From Candidatus Latescibacterota bacterium (GTDB lineage: Bacteria; Latescibacterota; CBDEFO01), in NCBI GenBank assembly GCA_965248755.1, contig OZ252149.1, positions 864,001-928,000 of the forward strand: DNA of 64,000 nt. Reading direction: 5' to 3'. The position numbers were made by a program, and so were the translations under genes. Shown here in pieces: positions 1-10,040 of this stretch; positions within the stretch are counted from its first letter, which is position 1, and each line of letters begins with the position of its first letter. Under the pieces are notes generated by a model. The model did not search any database. It had not been told where the DNA came from and saw only the letters and a list, made by a program, of their open reading frames with translations.

Positions 1-84
1 TCTTTATCGAAGTGCTCACCGGGCGGTAAAAGAATTCTTTCTGCCCAAGAAATATTGTACTGCTTCCCAGGAAAGCGACACCAA

Positions 85-948
85 TTAAGCAACCTGGGGT
101 AGTAGATAAAATTGTTTTCTCCACTCTTTTGGGGTCTTATATCCCAGGGATGAATGAAGCCTGTTCTTGTTGTAATTATCGATCCACTGAGATATGATCT
201 TCTCAGCCTGTTCAAAGGATTCAAACTTGTGAAGCCAAACACACTCTTGCTTGAGGGTCCTGAAAAAACGCTCTACAACACCGTTCCAATCGGGTTTACC
301 ACTTGGTATGTATTCCTGACGAATTCCCCAATATTCGGTACTGGCCAAATAGGCCCGAGCCAAAAAGATGGAACCATTGTCAGAGCGCAAAGTGAGACCC
401 TGGGGGACAGCCTCCTTGGAAGTGTATCGAGAGATCACGGCCCGATCCAGGGCATCTGTGGCCTCCAGTGCCCTCCCTTTTCGACTAAAACGATACCCAG
501 GAACCTCCCGGCTTCCGTTGTCCACCACCGCAATAAGAGGACACCAACCATCTTTTCCACAGTAAATCTTTGTCAAGTCACTCGACCACAAACTGTCGGG
601 ACTATCCACCACAGAACGCTTCTGGGCAACCTGTGGCCCCTTTCTCCCGGGACGATTCCACAGCTTACACTGCCACCCCTTAAGCTTCATTATCCTATGA
701 ACCTTCTTAACGTTGACACATTCCCCTTCCTTGAAACGAAGATGCGCCCAAACCCGCCTGTGACCAAATGCCTCTTCTTGGTCCAGTATCCCTCGAATAC
801 GAAAAGCAAGCTCCTCATCTATCACAGGCTCTTTAACAGAAGAACTGACACCTCTATCCCTAAACCTATACAGAGTCGAACGATGCAAACCCAAAGCCAA
901 AGCTACCACCTTGCGGGAATAGCCTCGACCCAAAAACCGCCCACTCAA
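85..948 (-). CDS. IS3-family transposase OrfB (rve/DDE integrase core)
   Basis: Motifs WSSDLT, LRSDNGSIF, NGVVERFFRTLKQE, YNKNRLHSSLGYKTP. Confidence 0.93.
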   Translation of the reverse strand: MSGRFLGRGYSRKVVALALGLHRSTLYRFRDRGVSSSVKEPVIDEELAFRIRGILDQEEAFGHRRVWAHLRFKEGECVNVKKVHRIMKLKGWQCKLWNRPGRKGPQVAQKRSVVDSPDSLWSSDLTKIYCGKDGWCPLIAVVDNGSREVPGYRFSRKGRALEATDALDRAVISRYTSKEAVPQGLTLRSDNGSIFLARAYLASTEYWGIRQEYIPSGKPDWNGVVERFFRTLKQECVWLHKFESFEQAEKIISQWIDNYNKNRLHSSLGYKTPKEWRKQFYLLPQVA

Positions 949-1274
949 GGCAACCGCTTCGTTTTTTTTAGACGGGCTACCTCTTCGAGTATCTCCAACT
1001 GGAGCGTCAACTGCCCTACCTTGCGCTCCAACCGGCTAACCTCTCGCTCCTTCGGATCCTTGCGACCACGCCGAGACTTCAGACTCTCCTGGCCCCCTTC
1101 TAAGAAACTATCACGCCAAGCATACGCCTGCGACTGGCTAATTCCATTCTTACGACACACCTCAGATAGATCTGCTCCTCTCAAAAGAGCCAACACAATC
1201 TCTCCCTTACGGGTCGCCGTCCAGCGCTTACCATCTTTCACTTCGGGGCTCGACACCTTGACCTCCCTTCTCAA
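945..1274 (-). CDS. IS3-family transposase OrfA (HTH)
   Basis: 109 aa, HTH-like SEVCRKNGISQSQAYAWR plus leucine-zipper-like tail; A8 run on the coding strand at 962-969 is a candidate -1 frameshift site into orfB. Confidence 0.9.
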   Translation of the reverse strand: MRREVKVSSPEVKDGKRWTATRKGEIVLALLRGADLSEVCRKNGISQSQAYAWRDSFLEGGQESLKSRRGRKDPKEREVSRLERKVGQLTLQLEILEEVARLKKTKRLP

Positions 1275-1334
1275 ACCCCAATTTGCGAAATATTTGTCGC
1301 TCTGTCAAGGGGAGCGGTATGTTCTCATCCTGAT

Positions 1335-2024
1335 GTGACATTTATTAATCCTTCTTCTGGTACAGAATTAGGCGGTACATCTGTCACGTTAGTAGGGGAC
1401 AATTTCCAAAGTGGATTAACCGTTACTTTTGGGGATAGCTCAGCCACAGATATAGTCGTAGTATCCTCCACCATCATCACCGCTAAGACTTCCTCATATC
1501 CAGCTGGCACAGTGGATGTGATAGTTACAAATCCCAATGGTCTTTCAGACACACTATCTCATAGCTTTGAGTTTATTGGGATTCCCCCTGTTATGACATC
1601 TATTGATCCTAATACAGGCACACAATTGGGAGGTACATCTGTGACGATAGTAGGCAGTAGTTTCCAAAGTGGATTAACCGTTACTTTTGGAGATAGCACA
1701 GCTACAGATATGTTCGTAGAATCTTCTGATACTATTACTGCTGCATCGCCTGCTTATCCTGCTGGCACGGTGGATGTGATAGTTACAAATCCCAATGGTC
1801 TTTCAGACACACTATCTAGTGGATTTACTTTCGTTAGCGTCCCTGACATTGTAGGAGATTTTGACGGGGACAAGGAAGTAGGCCTTTCAGATTTTGTCCT
1901 TTTTCTGGATGTGTTCGGGGCGACAACCACTCCAGCTAATTCTATATTTGATTTAAACGGTAACGGAGAAATCGGTCTATCTGACTTTGTGATCTTTCTG
2001 GATAACTTCGGTAGTTCAGGTTAG
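1335..2024 (+). pseudogene. C-terminal part of an IPT/TIG-repeat surface protein with a dockerin-like double EF-hand tail; 5' end replaced by IS3 copy 1
   Basis: Two IPT/TIG repeats (GGTSVT..G..F ... [12 protein letters not shown]) then GDFDGDKEVGLSDF and DLNGNGEIGLSDF; frame is open back to the IS end and there is no signal peptide. Confidence 0.75.
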
Positions 2025-2205
2025 TTTTACGATCAGAGACACATGGATTTGTGAAGACACGGAAGCTGATATTGATGAAATAGGCTCTTCCCATCGTGTC
2101 AGAGGGAGAATGTCTGACCCACCAAGTGATAGGGTGCAAGGTTAAAGTCAACAGCGACCGCAATGGGCGTAAAGAGTCCGTCACGGTCGCTGTTTCTATT
2201 TCAAT

Positions 2206-2245
2206 CCCCGACCTCCAATTGAATCTATTGGGGGTTCAATCGGGG
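2206..2245. repeat. 21-bp palindrome family: two nested copies
   Basis: Outer CCCCGA...TTCAATCGGGG encloses inner CTCCAATTGAATCTATTGGGG (2213-2233). Confidence 0.75.
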
Positions 2246-2262
2246 ATCAATCCGGATAATTT

Positions 2263-5200
2263 CTACGTCACCTGTTCTATTTCTTCCTCAACTTCCACCT
2301 GCCTCCCAAGTAGCCTTGCGCCCAGGCACTTGAGATCCTCAAGGATGAAGTAGCCTACGGGGACGAGCAACAGGGTGATAAAGGTCGCGAACAGGACTCC
2401 GAACCCGAGAGAGATAGCCATAGGTATGAGGAACTGCGCCTGCAGACTCCTCTCTAACAGCAGGGGCGTGAGTCCGGCAAAGGTGGTCAAGGATGTGAGC
2501 AAGATGGGACGGAAGCGAGCCACACCTGCCTGCCGAAGTGCCTTCTCTATGGGGGTTCCATCCGCCCGTGTGCGGTTGACAAAATCGACCATGATCAAAC
2601 TGTCGTTTACTACCACACCGGTAAGCGCAACGATGCCGAACATCGACAGGATGGTCAGGTCCATTCCCATTATGATGTGTCCCCATATCGCTCCGACCAC
2701 GCCGAAGGGGATAGCGGCCATAACGATTAAGGGCTGTATGTAGGAGCGGAAGGGGACAGCCAAAAGGGCGTAGATCATCAGCAGGGCGATCAAAAAGCCG
2801 CGTTTTAAGCCATCTAAAGTTTCGCTCTGCTCCCGCTGTTCGCCTTCGAGGGAGTAGCTGATCCCAGGATGGTCTGCGAGCAGCTTGGGCAGGGCCGAAC
2901 CGGTAAGATCGGCTAATATCTCATTTGCATTGGCCTTGCTCTGATCTACATCGGCTGTGACGTTGACGGTGCGCCGGCGGTCGGTGCGTTGAATGGCAGC
3001 ATAGCCGCGCCCGAGTTTGGCGGTTGCCGCAACGGAAAAGGGAACTTCCCCGCCTGAGGGAGTTCGAATGCGCATGTTTTCCAGGTCGCCGAGGGAGCGC
3101 CGACCATCGGCGGGGTATCGCACCATCACGCGGATGTCGTCGCGGCCGCGCTGGATGCGTTGTGCCTCTTCTCCGTAGAAGGCTTGTCGCACCTGGCGCG
3201 CAAGATCAGAGAGGGAAAGACCTAAAGCCTCAGCGGCAGGCGTGATGGAGAGTTCGACCTCCTGTTTTCCGGGTCGGAAGGAGTCTCTAATGTCGATGAC
3301 GCCGGGATAGTTGTTCAACCTTCTCTTAAGTTCGTCCGCCACTACCTTCAACTGATCGTAGTCTAATCCCCGATTGAATCTATCGGGGACAGCAAGCTGG
3401 ATGTTGATGGCCTCGCCGGTGGAGAAGAGAGACGAGGTGAAGGTCAGCTCCTGAGCGTCGGGGATAGGACCGGTAAGGTTGCGCCAGCGGCTGGCGATCT
3501 CGGGACTGGTGATGCTCCGCTCCTCAGAAGGGGCCAGTTCGATGTTAACTTCTCCGAGATGGGCGCCTGAAAAGGAGCTGGTGCTTTGGCCCGGACGGCT
3601 CTGACTTGCGCTAAAGGGGTGTTCACCGATAGAAGCCAGGACGTGGCGGAAGACTCCGTTGTGTATTCCTCCTCCTTCAGCTTCGAGTTCTTTGCGCAGC
3701 TTCTGGGCACTCTCTTCAAGGCGTTGCACGGCATCGGCTGTGACCTCGACAGGCGTCCCCTGCGGCATTGTCAAGAGAGCGACGACGTTATCCGCATCCA
3801 CATTCGGGAAAAAGAGGAACTTGATCCAGCCGCCGCCGACCAGACCGGAAGTGATAAGTAAGATGGACACGCCGATGGCAAGTGTAAGATAGCGCCAACG
3901 CAGGCCCAGCTCTAAAATAGGGCGGTAGACCGTGTCGACGAAGCGCCGCATCTTTCCCGCGAAGCCCTCCTGGAATCTCCCCCAGATGCCGCGTATCCCC
4001 CGAGACGGATCAGGCTGGCCCTTCGACCTGGAGTGAGACAGATGTGCGGGCAAGATGAACAGCGACTCCACAAGGGAAAATAAAAGGGTGGGGATCACGA
4101 TGAGCGGAATGAACTTCATAATCTTGCCCATGTTCCCCGGCACGGACAATAGGGGAGCAAAGGCCGCTACTAAGGTCATAACCGCGAAGATCACCGGCGT
4201 TGCTAACTCCTGGGCACCGTCGACAGCGGCGCGCAGGCCTTTTTTGCCTTTCTGCTGATGCGTGTAGATGTTCTCACCGATGACGATGGCGTCGTCGACG
4301 ACGATTCCGAGCACAGCGATGAAGGCAAAAAGCGAGATGAGATTGATCGAGACGTCGAAGGTCGGCATCAGCCAGATGGCTCCCAGGAAGGAGATCGGAA
4401 TCCCCAGTGCGACCCAGAAGGCAAGGCGCAGCCGCAAAAAGAGCGCTAAAGAGAGAAAGACCAAAACCAGACCGGCCCGGCCGTTGCGGATCAGCAGGTC
4501 GAGCCTGCCCCTAAGGATCCTTGAAAAGTCCTGCCAGATAGTCAGAGTAATCCCTTCAGGCATGCGGGGCTGAGCCGCGCGGACATAGTTCTTGATCGCT
4601 TCGGCGACCTCTAATGCATTCTCTTCCCCGACCCGGAAGACCTGCACCATGACAGAAGGCTTGCCATCGAAACGCGCAGACTGATCGGTGTCAGCAAAGC
4701 CGTCCACGACCTGTGCGACGTCACCCAATCTGAGTCGTGTGCCGTCCGGGAAGGAGCGGAGGATGAGGTCCTCAAATTCTCCCCCTCGGTAGGCCTGACC
4801 CTTTGTACGCAGAAGTATCTCGCCTCCTGAAGTCTTCACAGACCCTCCCGGAAGGTCCAAAGACGAGCGGCGCACCGTACGGACGACCTCATCGAAGGTG
4901 AGGCCATAGCGCTGCAGAGCATCTTCGGAGACCTCTATAGAGATCTCATACGGCCGGGCGTTTGAGAGTTCCACCTGGGTTATCCCGGGCAGGGCGGCGA
5001 TCTCGTCCCGAACCCGTTCGCCGAGGTATTTGAGCGTTACCTCATCGGCATTGCCCAAGATGGCAACGTTTATGACTTGGCGGCGAAGTATTACCTCCTG
5101 GATAACCGGTTTCTCGGTCTCTTCAGGGAAGGTATCGATAGCGTCAACTCGGTTCTTGATGTCGTCAAGGAGCTTGCGAGTATCAACTCCAGGCAAAAGT

Positions 5201-5484
5201 TCCACCGTTACAACACCGACACCCTCCACGGCGGTGGAGGTGATGCGCTTAATGCCCTCAAGGCTCTGTATCTCCTCCTCAATGCGTATGCAGACACCTT
5301 CTTCTACCTCTTCGGGAGCGGCGCCGAGATAGACTACGGAGACAGTGATAAGCTCGGACGAGAACTCGGGGAAGATCTCCTGCTTAAGGCTCATAGCGGT
5401 CAAAACACCGCTGACCAAGATCAAGAACATAAGGAGGTTTGCAGAGACCCTGTTTTCGGCAAACCAGGCGATGGCGCGATTCAT
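2263..5484 (-). CDS. RND efflux transporter permease (AcrB/AcrD/AcrF family)
   Basis: 1073 aa; GIVVDDAIVIGENI, GVVVNDSLIMVD, RFRPILLTSLTT; two large periplasmic loops. Confidence 0.95.
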   Translation of the reverse strand: MNRAIAWFAENRVSANLLMFLILVSGVLTAMSLKQEIFPEFSSELITVSVVYLGAAPEEVEEGVCIRIEEEIQSLEGIKRITSTAVEGVGVVTVELLPGVDTRKLLDDIKNRVDAIDTFPEETEKPVIQEVILRRQVINVAILGNADEVTLKYLGERVRDEIAALPGITQVELSNARPYEISIEVSEDALQRYGLTFDEVVRTVRRSSLDLPGGSVKTSGGEILLRTKGQAYRGGEFEDLILRSFPDGTRLRLGDVAQVVDGFADTDQSARFDGKPSVMVQVFRVGEENALEVAEAIKNYVRAAQPRMPEGITLTIWQDFSRILRGRLDLLIRNGRAGLVLVFLSLALFLRLRLAFWVALGIPISFLGAIWLMPTFDVSINLISLFAFIAVLGIVVDDAIVIGENIYTHQQKGKKGLRAAVDGAQELATPVIFAVMTLVAAFAPLLSVPGNMGKIMKFIPLIVIPTLLFSLVESLFILPAHLSHSRSKGQPDPSRGIRGIWGRFQEGFAGKMRRFVDTVYRPILELGLRWRYLTLAIGVSILLITSGLVGGGWIKFLFFPNVDADNVVALLTMPQGTPVEVTADAVQRLEESAQKLRKELEAEGGGIHNGVFRHVLASIGEHPFSASQSRPGQSTSSFSGAHLGEVNIELAPSEERSITSPEIASRWRNLTGPIPDAQELTFTSSLFSTGEAINIQLAVPDRFNRGLDYDQLKVVADELKRRLNNYPGVIDIRDSFRPGKQEVELSITPAAEALGLSLSDLARQVRQAFYGEEAQRIQRGRDDIRVMVRYPADGRRSLGDLENMRIRTPSGGEVPFSVAATAKLGRGYAAIQRTDRRRTVNVTADVDQSKANANEILADLTGSALPKLLADHPGISYSLEGEQREQSETLDGLKRGFLIALLMIYALLAVPFRSYIQPLIVMAAIPFGVVGAIWGHIIMGMDLTILSMFGIVALTGVVVNDSLIMVDFVNRTRADGTPIEKALRQAGVARFRPILLTSLTTFAGLTPLLLERSLQAQFLIPMAISLGFGVLFATFITLLLVPVGYFILEDLKCLGARLLGRQVEVEEEIEQVT
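3368..3388. repeat. 21-bp palindrome inside the RND coding sequence
   Basis: CCCCGATTGAATCTATCGGGG; reads as (V)PDRFNRG in the RND frame. Confidence 0.95.
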
Positions 5485-6695
5485 CTTGCAACCCCTCGGA
5501 TCACAGCAGAGGCATCCTCATCTCCCATAGGTTCATCGGGCATAGTGCGCACCCGCATTCCGTCCGTCACAGCGTCCAGCGGAGAAAGACAGACACGCTC
5601 CTGGCAGGTCAGTCCCGAGCGGATTACCACTTCCTTCTTATCGGCGCGTAGGACCTCGACAGTGCGGAAGTGGAGCCGGTTTTCATCGTCGACGACCAGG
5701 GTCTGGTTGTGACTCCGCATCGCTCCACGCGGCAGCACGGTTACATCTTCAACCAGTCGGCCAATGATTTCAGCCTCCACAAAGAGGCCCACAGCTAACG
5801 GAGGCCTTTGGGGTTCGTCGCCGCGGCCGTAGGGGTTTTCGACCCGCGCGACGGCGTGGACCATGTGGCTTTTCGGGTCAATCTCTCCCTCGAGGCGCAC
5901 GATGTGGCCTCTCCAACTGTGCTGACGGCCGGCAAAGGTCGAACTCAGGATGACTTCCGGACCGCGGCGGTGTACTGTATCTCCTCGAAAGTCGAGCGGC
6001 AGGTCCAAAAAGGCGAGCTGATCATCGGGAATAGGCAGTCGGACCTCGGCGTAATCGACTGCGTAGATTTTCGCTGAAGGTGCACCTCGGTTTACAAATT
6101 GGCCGACGTCAACGCTCTTTGTGCGGACTCGGCCGGCGTACGGCGCGCGGATCTCGGTGCGCTCCAGATCGAGTTGGGCCTGCTGCAAGACAGCTTGGGC
6201 AGCGGCTAGGTCAGCTCGGGCCTGTGCTAATTGAGGGCGTCGTACGACCAACGGGTGAGGCTTTCCCTGTCCCAGGAGCTCCCATTCACGGCGGGCTACG
6301 TCTGCCTCTTCTTTCTCCCACGCCAGGCGTAGCCTCCCCTGCGCTACCTGTGCCTGCGCGCGCACTAACGCCAGTTCGTAGTCACTTGGGTCGATGGTGA
6401 CTAAGAGGTCACCGGACTCAAAGAAGCCACCCGCAGCAAATGCCGGAGATACAGCTATCACGCGTCCAGATACCTGAGAGATCAGGGTGCTTTCGGTGCG
6501 AGGAGTAACGCTCCCTTGCGAGCGAACCCTCAGTTGAAGGTTCTGACGTTGCACGGTGAGAACCCGAACCAGCGGTGCGGGGACTGCTGCTGGTCGGGAT
6601 TCGACAGCCGTCCGAGCTTTAACTAACACTATTAAGCCCACAATTCCCAGAGCGAGGACAACGAGTGGAAGGATAATCTTTAATTTTCTGTTCAT
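5481..6695 (-). CDS. RND membrane fusion protein (periplasmic adaptor)
   Basis: N-terminal TM segment, SQVSGRV lipoyl half, helical hairpin, IRAPYAGRV; stop overlaps the RND start. Confidence 0.93.
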   Translation of the reverse strand: MNRKLKIILPLVVLALGIVGLIVLVKARTAVESRPAAVPAPLVRVLTVQRQNLQLRVRSQGSVTPRTESTLISQVSGRVIAVSPAFAAGGFFESGDLLVTIDPSDYELALVRAQAQVAQGRLRLAWEKEEADVARREWELLGQGKPHPLVVRRPQLAQARADLAAAQAVLQQAQLDLERTEIRAPYAGRVRTKSVDVGQFVNRGAPSAKIYAVDYAEVRLPIPDDQLAFLDLPLDFRGDTVHRRGPEVILSSTFAGRQHSWRGHIVRLEGEIDPKSHMVHAVARVENPYGRGDEPQRPPLAVGLFVEAEIIGRLVEDVTVLPRGAMRSHNQTLVVDDENRLHFRTVEVLRADKKEVVIRSGLTCQERVCLSPLDAVTDGMRVRTMPDEPMGDEDASAVIRGVAR

Positions 6696-8128
6696 GGTGT
6701 ACTAGCCCCAGTATCAAGTAGTTCTGCAGAATCAGTCACGAAACCTCCGCCGAGAGCTAAATACAGGTCAATACGGGCATCCAGCCGCCCTCGGCGGACG
6801 GCGAGCAGTTGGCTTTCGGCCTCAAAGGCACGCCTTTGTGACTCGAGCATAGTGATGAGATCGGTCAGGCCACTGGCGTACCGATCCTCAGCAAGCCTGC
6901 GTGCGGCTAAGGCCTGCTCGGCAGCAGTTTCCAAAGCCTCTTGCTGCTTGACCAGAAATCCTTCGGCCGCCAAAGCAGCCTCCACCTCGGCGTACGCCCT
7001 GAGGACGCTCTGGGCGTATAGTGCCAGTGCCCCTTCGGACTGAGCATTGGCAAGATCGACGCCGGCCCGCAGGCGACCTCCCTGAAAGAGAGGCTGTACC
7101 AAGTTGCCGACCAGATTCCAGACCGCAAAGTCTCCGTTCAAAAGATCGCTCAGTTCGTTACTGGCAGTGCCCCCAGAGGATGTTAGACTAACTCTGGGAT
7201 AGAGTGCAGCACGGGCCTTGGTCACGCGGGCATCGGCAGCGGCGAGTTGACGCTCGGCCGCAATCAAGTCCGGACGGCGCGCCACCAGGTCTGCCGGTAG
7301 ACCAGCAGGGACACTATCAGGAACCTCTGGGAGTTCTTCTCCCACTGCGATGACCGCGGCGGGATAGCGCCCTAACAACAGTTCGAGTTGCCGCTGCACG
7401 TTATCCAGTCGTTCTTGCCTCTGCTGTAGGGTGGCTTCGGCTGTGGCCACATTAGAAAGCGAAAGGCGCAGATCCAGCGAGGGGCGCAGTCCGCGTTCGT
7501 AGCGGACTCGCACCTGCTGGCTGGAGGTACGGAAGTTCTCGACCGTCGCCTGGGCAAGTTCCACCTGGCTCCTGGCTTCGATGGCCGAAAACCACACCTT
7601 GGAGGTCTGACCAGCAAGTGAAAGCTTGGCGGCTCTCAGGTCCGCCTGCGAAGCCTGCAGATCCGCCAGGGCAGCCGATTTTTGCGCACCCAGCCGACCC
7701 CACAGATCCACCTCCCAGCTTGTGTCCAGAGAGACGCCAAAGCTGTTCGAGATCGAAGTTAGAACACCCCTCCTACCCGGGATAGGAAATCCGATGAAGT
7801 TCTGCCGACGCCGGTAGGCGTTAAAGTTAAGTCCGGCCTGAGGCAGCAACGGAGCACCGGCAATACGGGCCTGTGCAGAAGCAGCATAAAGTCGGGCAGC
7901 AGCGATCTGCAGGTTGTAGTTATAGGTTAGGGCCTCGGCCACCAGTTCCTCTAATTGAGGATCGCCGAAATGGGACCACCAGAGGGTGTCGCCGGGCATT
8001 TCCGTGTTGACAGCGGCAGTCCACCGATCGGGCGTTGCAACCCAGCGATTGGGATTCTGTGTCTTCGGCGCCGATGCGCAGGCCGCGGTCAAGAGAGGAA
8101 TTACCAAAAATAGGAATTTGACTCTCAT
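6692..8128 (-). CDS. Outer-membrane efflux lipoprotein (NodT/OprM/TolC family)
   Basis: Lipobox LTAAC; SWEVDLWGR, PADLVARRPD, LYLALGGGF. Confidence 0.93.
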   Translation of the reverse strand: MRVKFLFLVIPLLTAACASAPKTQNPNRWVATPDRWTAAVNTEMPGDTLWWSHFGDPQLEELVAEALTYNYNLQIAAARLYAASAQARIAGAPLLPQAGLNFNAYRRRQNFIGFPIPGRRGVLTSISNSFGVSLDTSWEVDLWGRLGAQKSAALADLQASQADLRAAKLSLAGQTSKVWFSAIEARSQVELAQATVENFRTSSQQVRVRYERGLRPSLDLRLSLSNVATAEATLQQRQERLDNVQRQLELLLGRYPAAVIAVGEELPEVPDSVPAGLPADLVARRPDLIAAERQLAAADARVTKARAALYPRVSLTSSGGTASNELSDLLNGDFAVWNLVGNLVQPLFQGGRLRAGVDLANAQSEGALALYAQSVLRAYAEVEAALAAEGFLVKQQEALETAAEQALAARRLAEDRYASGLTDLITMLESQRRAFEAESQLLAVRRGRLDARIDLYLALGGGFVTDSAELLDTGASTP

Positions 8129-8194
8129 ACCGTTTCTCTTTTGTAAAGGTGCCTTTTATGTCCTGCGAGGGAATAACCAGAAATATTTTACTTT

Positions 8195-8215
8195 CCCCGA
8201 TTGAATCTATCGGGG
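8195..8215. repeat. 21-bp palindrome, intergenic
   Basis: Exact CCCCGATTGAATCTATCGGGG between pck and the efflux operon. Confidence 0.95.
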
Positions 8216-8247
8216 ATCAATGTTGTATTATTACCTTTTACTATGAT

Positions 8248-9825
8248 TTACTTTTGAAAGACGGTTCTGATATCTTTGTGCAATCCACCATATTGTTCTA
8301 GCCTTTCCGCTCTTTGTCTGTCCAATTCTCTCTGTCGCACCCCAAATTCCGAAGATGAAAATAATCTTTCTGGGTGCATTAGAATAGAATCGACTAATCG
8401 TACAGATTTCGGAACCAGCAGTCCCGTTGCTTCAGATTCGATCCAGTCTTCTAATCCTCCCCTAATTACTGCATCTAAAATGCCTACGGTATCTTCTAAA
8501 CGAATGTCGTGGTAGTGAGCTCCTTCGCCGATCCCCCCGGTATTGAGAAGATAACAGTTTACATGAGGGTTGTCTGTTAATATATCGTAAAAGAGATTTG
8601 CATGGTCTGCTTTGTCTCCTGCGACAAAGGGGTCGTAAAAGAATTCATTTTTTATTTTGCCCGCCTGGGTCGGATCTCCTGCAGAAGATTCCATAGACTG
8701 GCCTAAAACCATAAATGCTGTCGCCTCTTGCGGTGTTAACTTCGCAATCGCAGGGATAATGCTCCCTCTTGTTATGATAAATAGATTATCGATTCTTTCG
8801 ACATTGATATCCCTGCTTGCATGCATAAAATCTCTTCTCTCGATAATCGCTCTTCCATTTGACGTTCGCTCTATGTTGTAAAAATCGATTTCTCCGTTTT
8901 CATCGACATAGACATTTTCAAGGAATGTATCCGATTTTAGAGTTCCATAATAGGTTTCTATTTGATTGTGAGGATTTAAGCCATCTGTTTTGACGAATAG
9001 TCCACCTGCTTCAAATCCACCAAAAGATCCCTCTCTTCTCAAGATTCCTCCATCGTCCTGGATTAACCATGATTTCTCCTCTGTCTTTCGCGCCAACACC
9101 TTGCACGTTAAAGATGTCTTGCCATTTGCACTCAGGGCGACAAACAAGGAACACCGTGTTTCGCAGCCTCCGTGAGACATTTCCAGATAATCATGTCTGC
9201 ACCCTGCATGCAGGAAAATCGCATCGCTCTTTTGCTTGGCTCTATAATTTTCCCCTGCAAAGATGGCCTTTTTCCACTCACCGGTATAGTTGCTATTTCT
9301 CACGATCTTGGTGAGGCAACCTTCCCGAGAGTGTGCATTCCTTATGGTAATACTCTTTTGAGGTAGCGTTTTTGAACTGTTTTCTTCGTATTCTTTATCG
9401 AAAAAGATAATGACTTGATGCGTAGGACGTTCTACAGATGTCGGCTTAAACAACTTCATTCCACCGTAGGCCAGATGAGCAAATCTCTTTGGAGTAATCA
9501 ATCTTGCCGTTATCCCTTCGCTCCCGTCTCCAACTACGACATCGACGCTGATAAGATGCTCTTTACGTAGATGCTCTGTTGCCTGATCTAATAGCGCATG
9601 TTCACCTTTTCCAAAAGGAGTGTCGATATTGTTTTTTGTAAACATAGCTGCTCTGGAGGTCGGTTCTGAATTAGCCATAATATTGCCATATCGGGTCTCT
9701 TTCACCCCCGGTTCTTCAAGAGCAAGATTTCTCAAAAGGTCTCTACTCGGGTTATGTGTCAGTCTGCCATCCTTCCTTGCATCTTCATAAATCTTCCTTG
9801 CAGTTTGTTGAAATTCATCTATCAT
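8248..9825 (-). CDS. pckA: Phosphoenolpyruvate carboxykinase (ATP)-like, divergent
   Basis: YTGEWKK, LHAGC, LSANGKTS P-loop, IQDDG, FEAGG, LENV, NGRA, YLLNTG; start placed at ATG 9825 behind AGGAG. Confidence 0.8.
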   Translation of the reverse strand: MIDEFQQTARKIYEDARKDGRLTHNPSRDLLRNLALEEPGVKETRYGNIMANSEPTSRAAMFTKNNIDTPFGKGEHALLDQATEHLRKEHLISVDVVVGDGSEGITARLITPKRFAHLAYGGMKLFKPTSVERPTHQVIIFFDKEYEENSSKTLPQKSITIRNAHSREGCLTKIVRNSNYTGEWKKAIFAGENYRAKQKSDAIFLHAGCRHDYLEMSHGGCETRCSLFVALSANGKTSLTCKVLARKTEEKSWLIQDDGGILRREGSFGGFEAGGLFVKTDGLNPHNQIETYYGTLKSDTFLENVYVDENGEIDFYNIERTSNGRAIIERRDFMHASRDINVERIDNLFIITRGSIIPAIAKLTPQEATAFMVLGQSMESSAGDPTQAGKIKNEFFYDPFVAGDKADHANLFYDILTDNPHVNCYLLNTGGIGEGAHYHDIRLEDTVGILDAVIRGGLEDWIESEATGLLVPKSVRLVDSILMHPERLFSSSEFGVRQRELDRQRAERLEQYGGLHKDIRTVFQK

Positions 9826-10040
9826 TAGAGTTTGTCTCCTTAAATAGACAGTAGAAACATTGTTATCTATCCCCATTTGATAAATATACTGTAATTGGGT
9901 TTATCGGACAAGAAAAAACCCGCAATGACATTGGTTGCATCTTACCTTCGGTTATTGCGAAGCGCCAAACCCCGGCCCCGTCAGTAGGCGCTATCCGAAG
10001 GAACGCCAAGGGAAACCAGAAACAATCTCTGTGATAAGTA

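Larger units (their letters stand above)
56..1321 (-). mobile_element. IS3-family insertion sequence, copy 1 (apparently intact)
   Basis: Imperfect terminal inverted repeats TGTACTGCTTCCCAGGAAAGCGACA and TGTCGCTCTGTCAAGGGGAGCGGTATG; orfA/orfB layout; ends inferred from copy 2, which has a target duplication. No duplication is visible here. Confidence 0.93.

Noticed and set aside
154..1338. 394-aa plus-strand ORF, and similar ORFs at 27983-28732, 14980-16731, 18335-19042 and 39645-40364
   Set aside because: Antisense shadows of well-supported genes.
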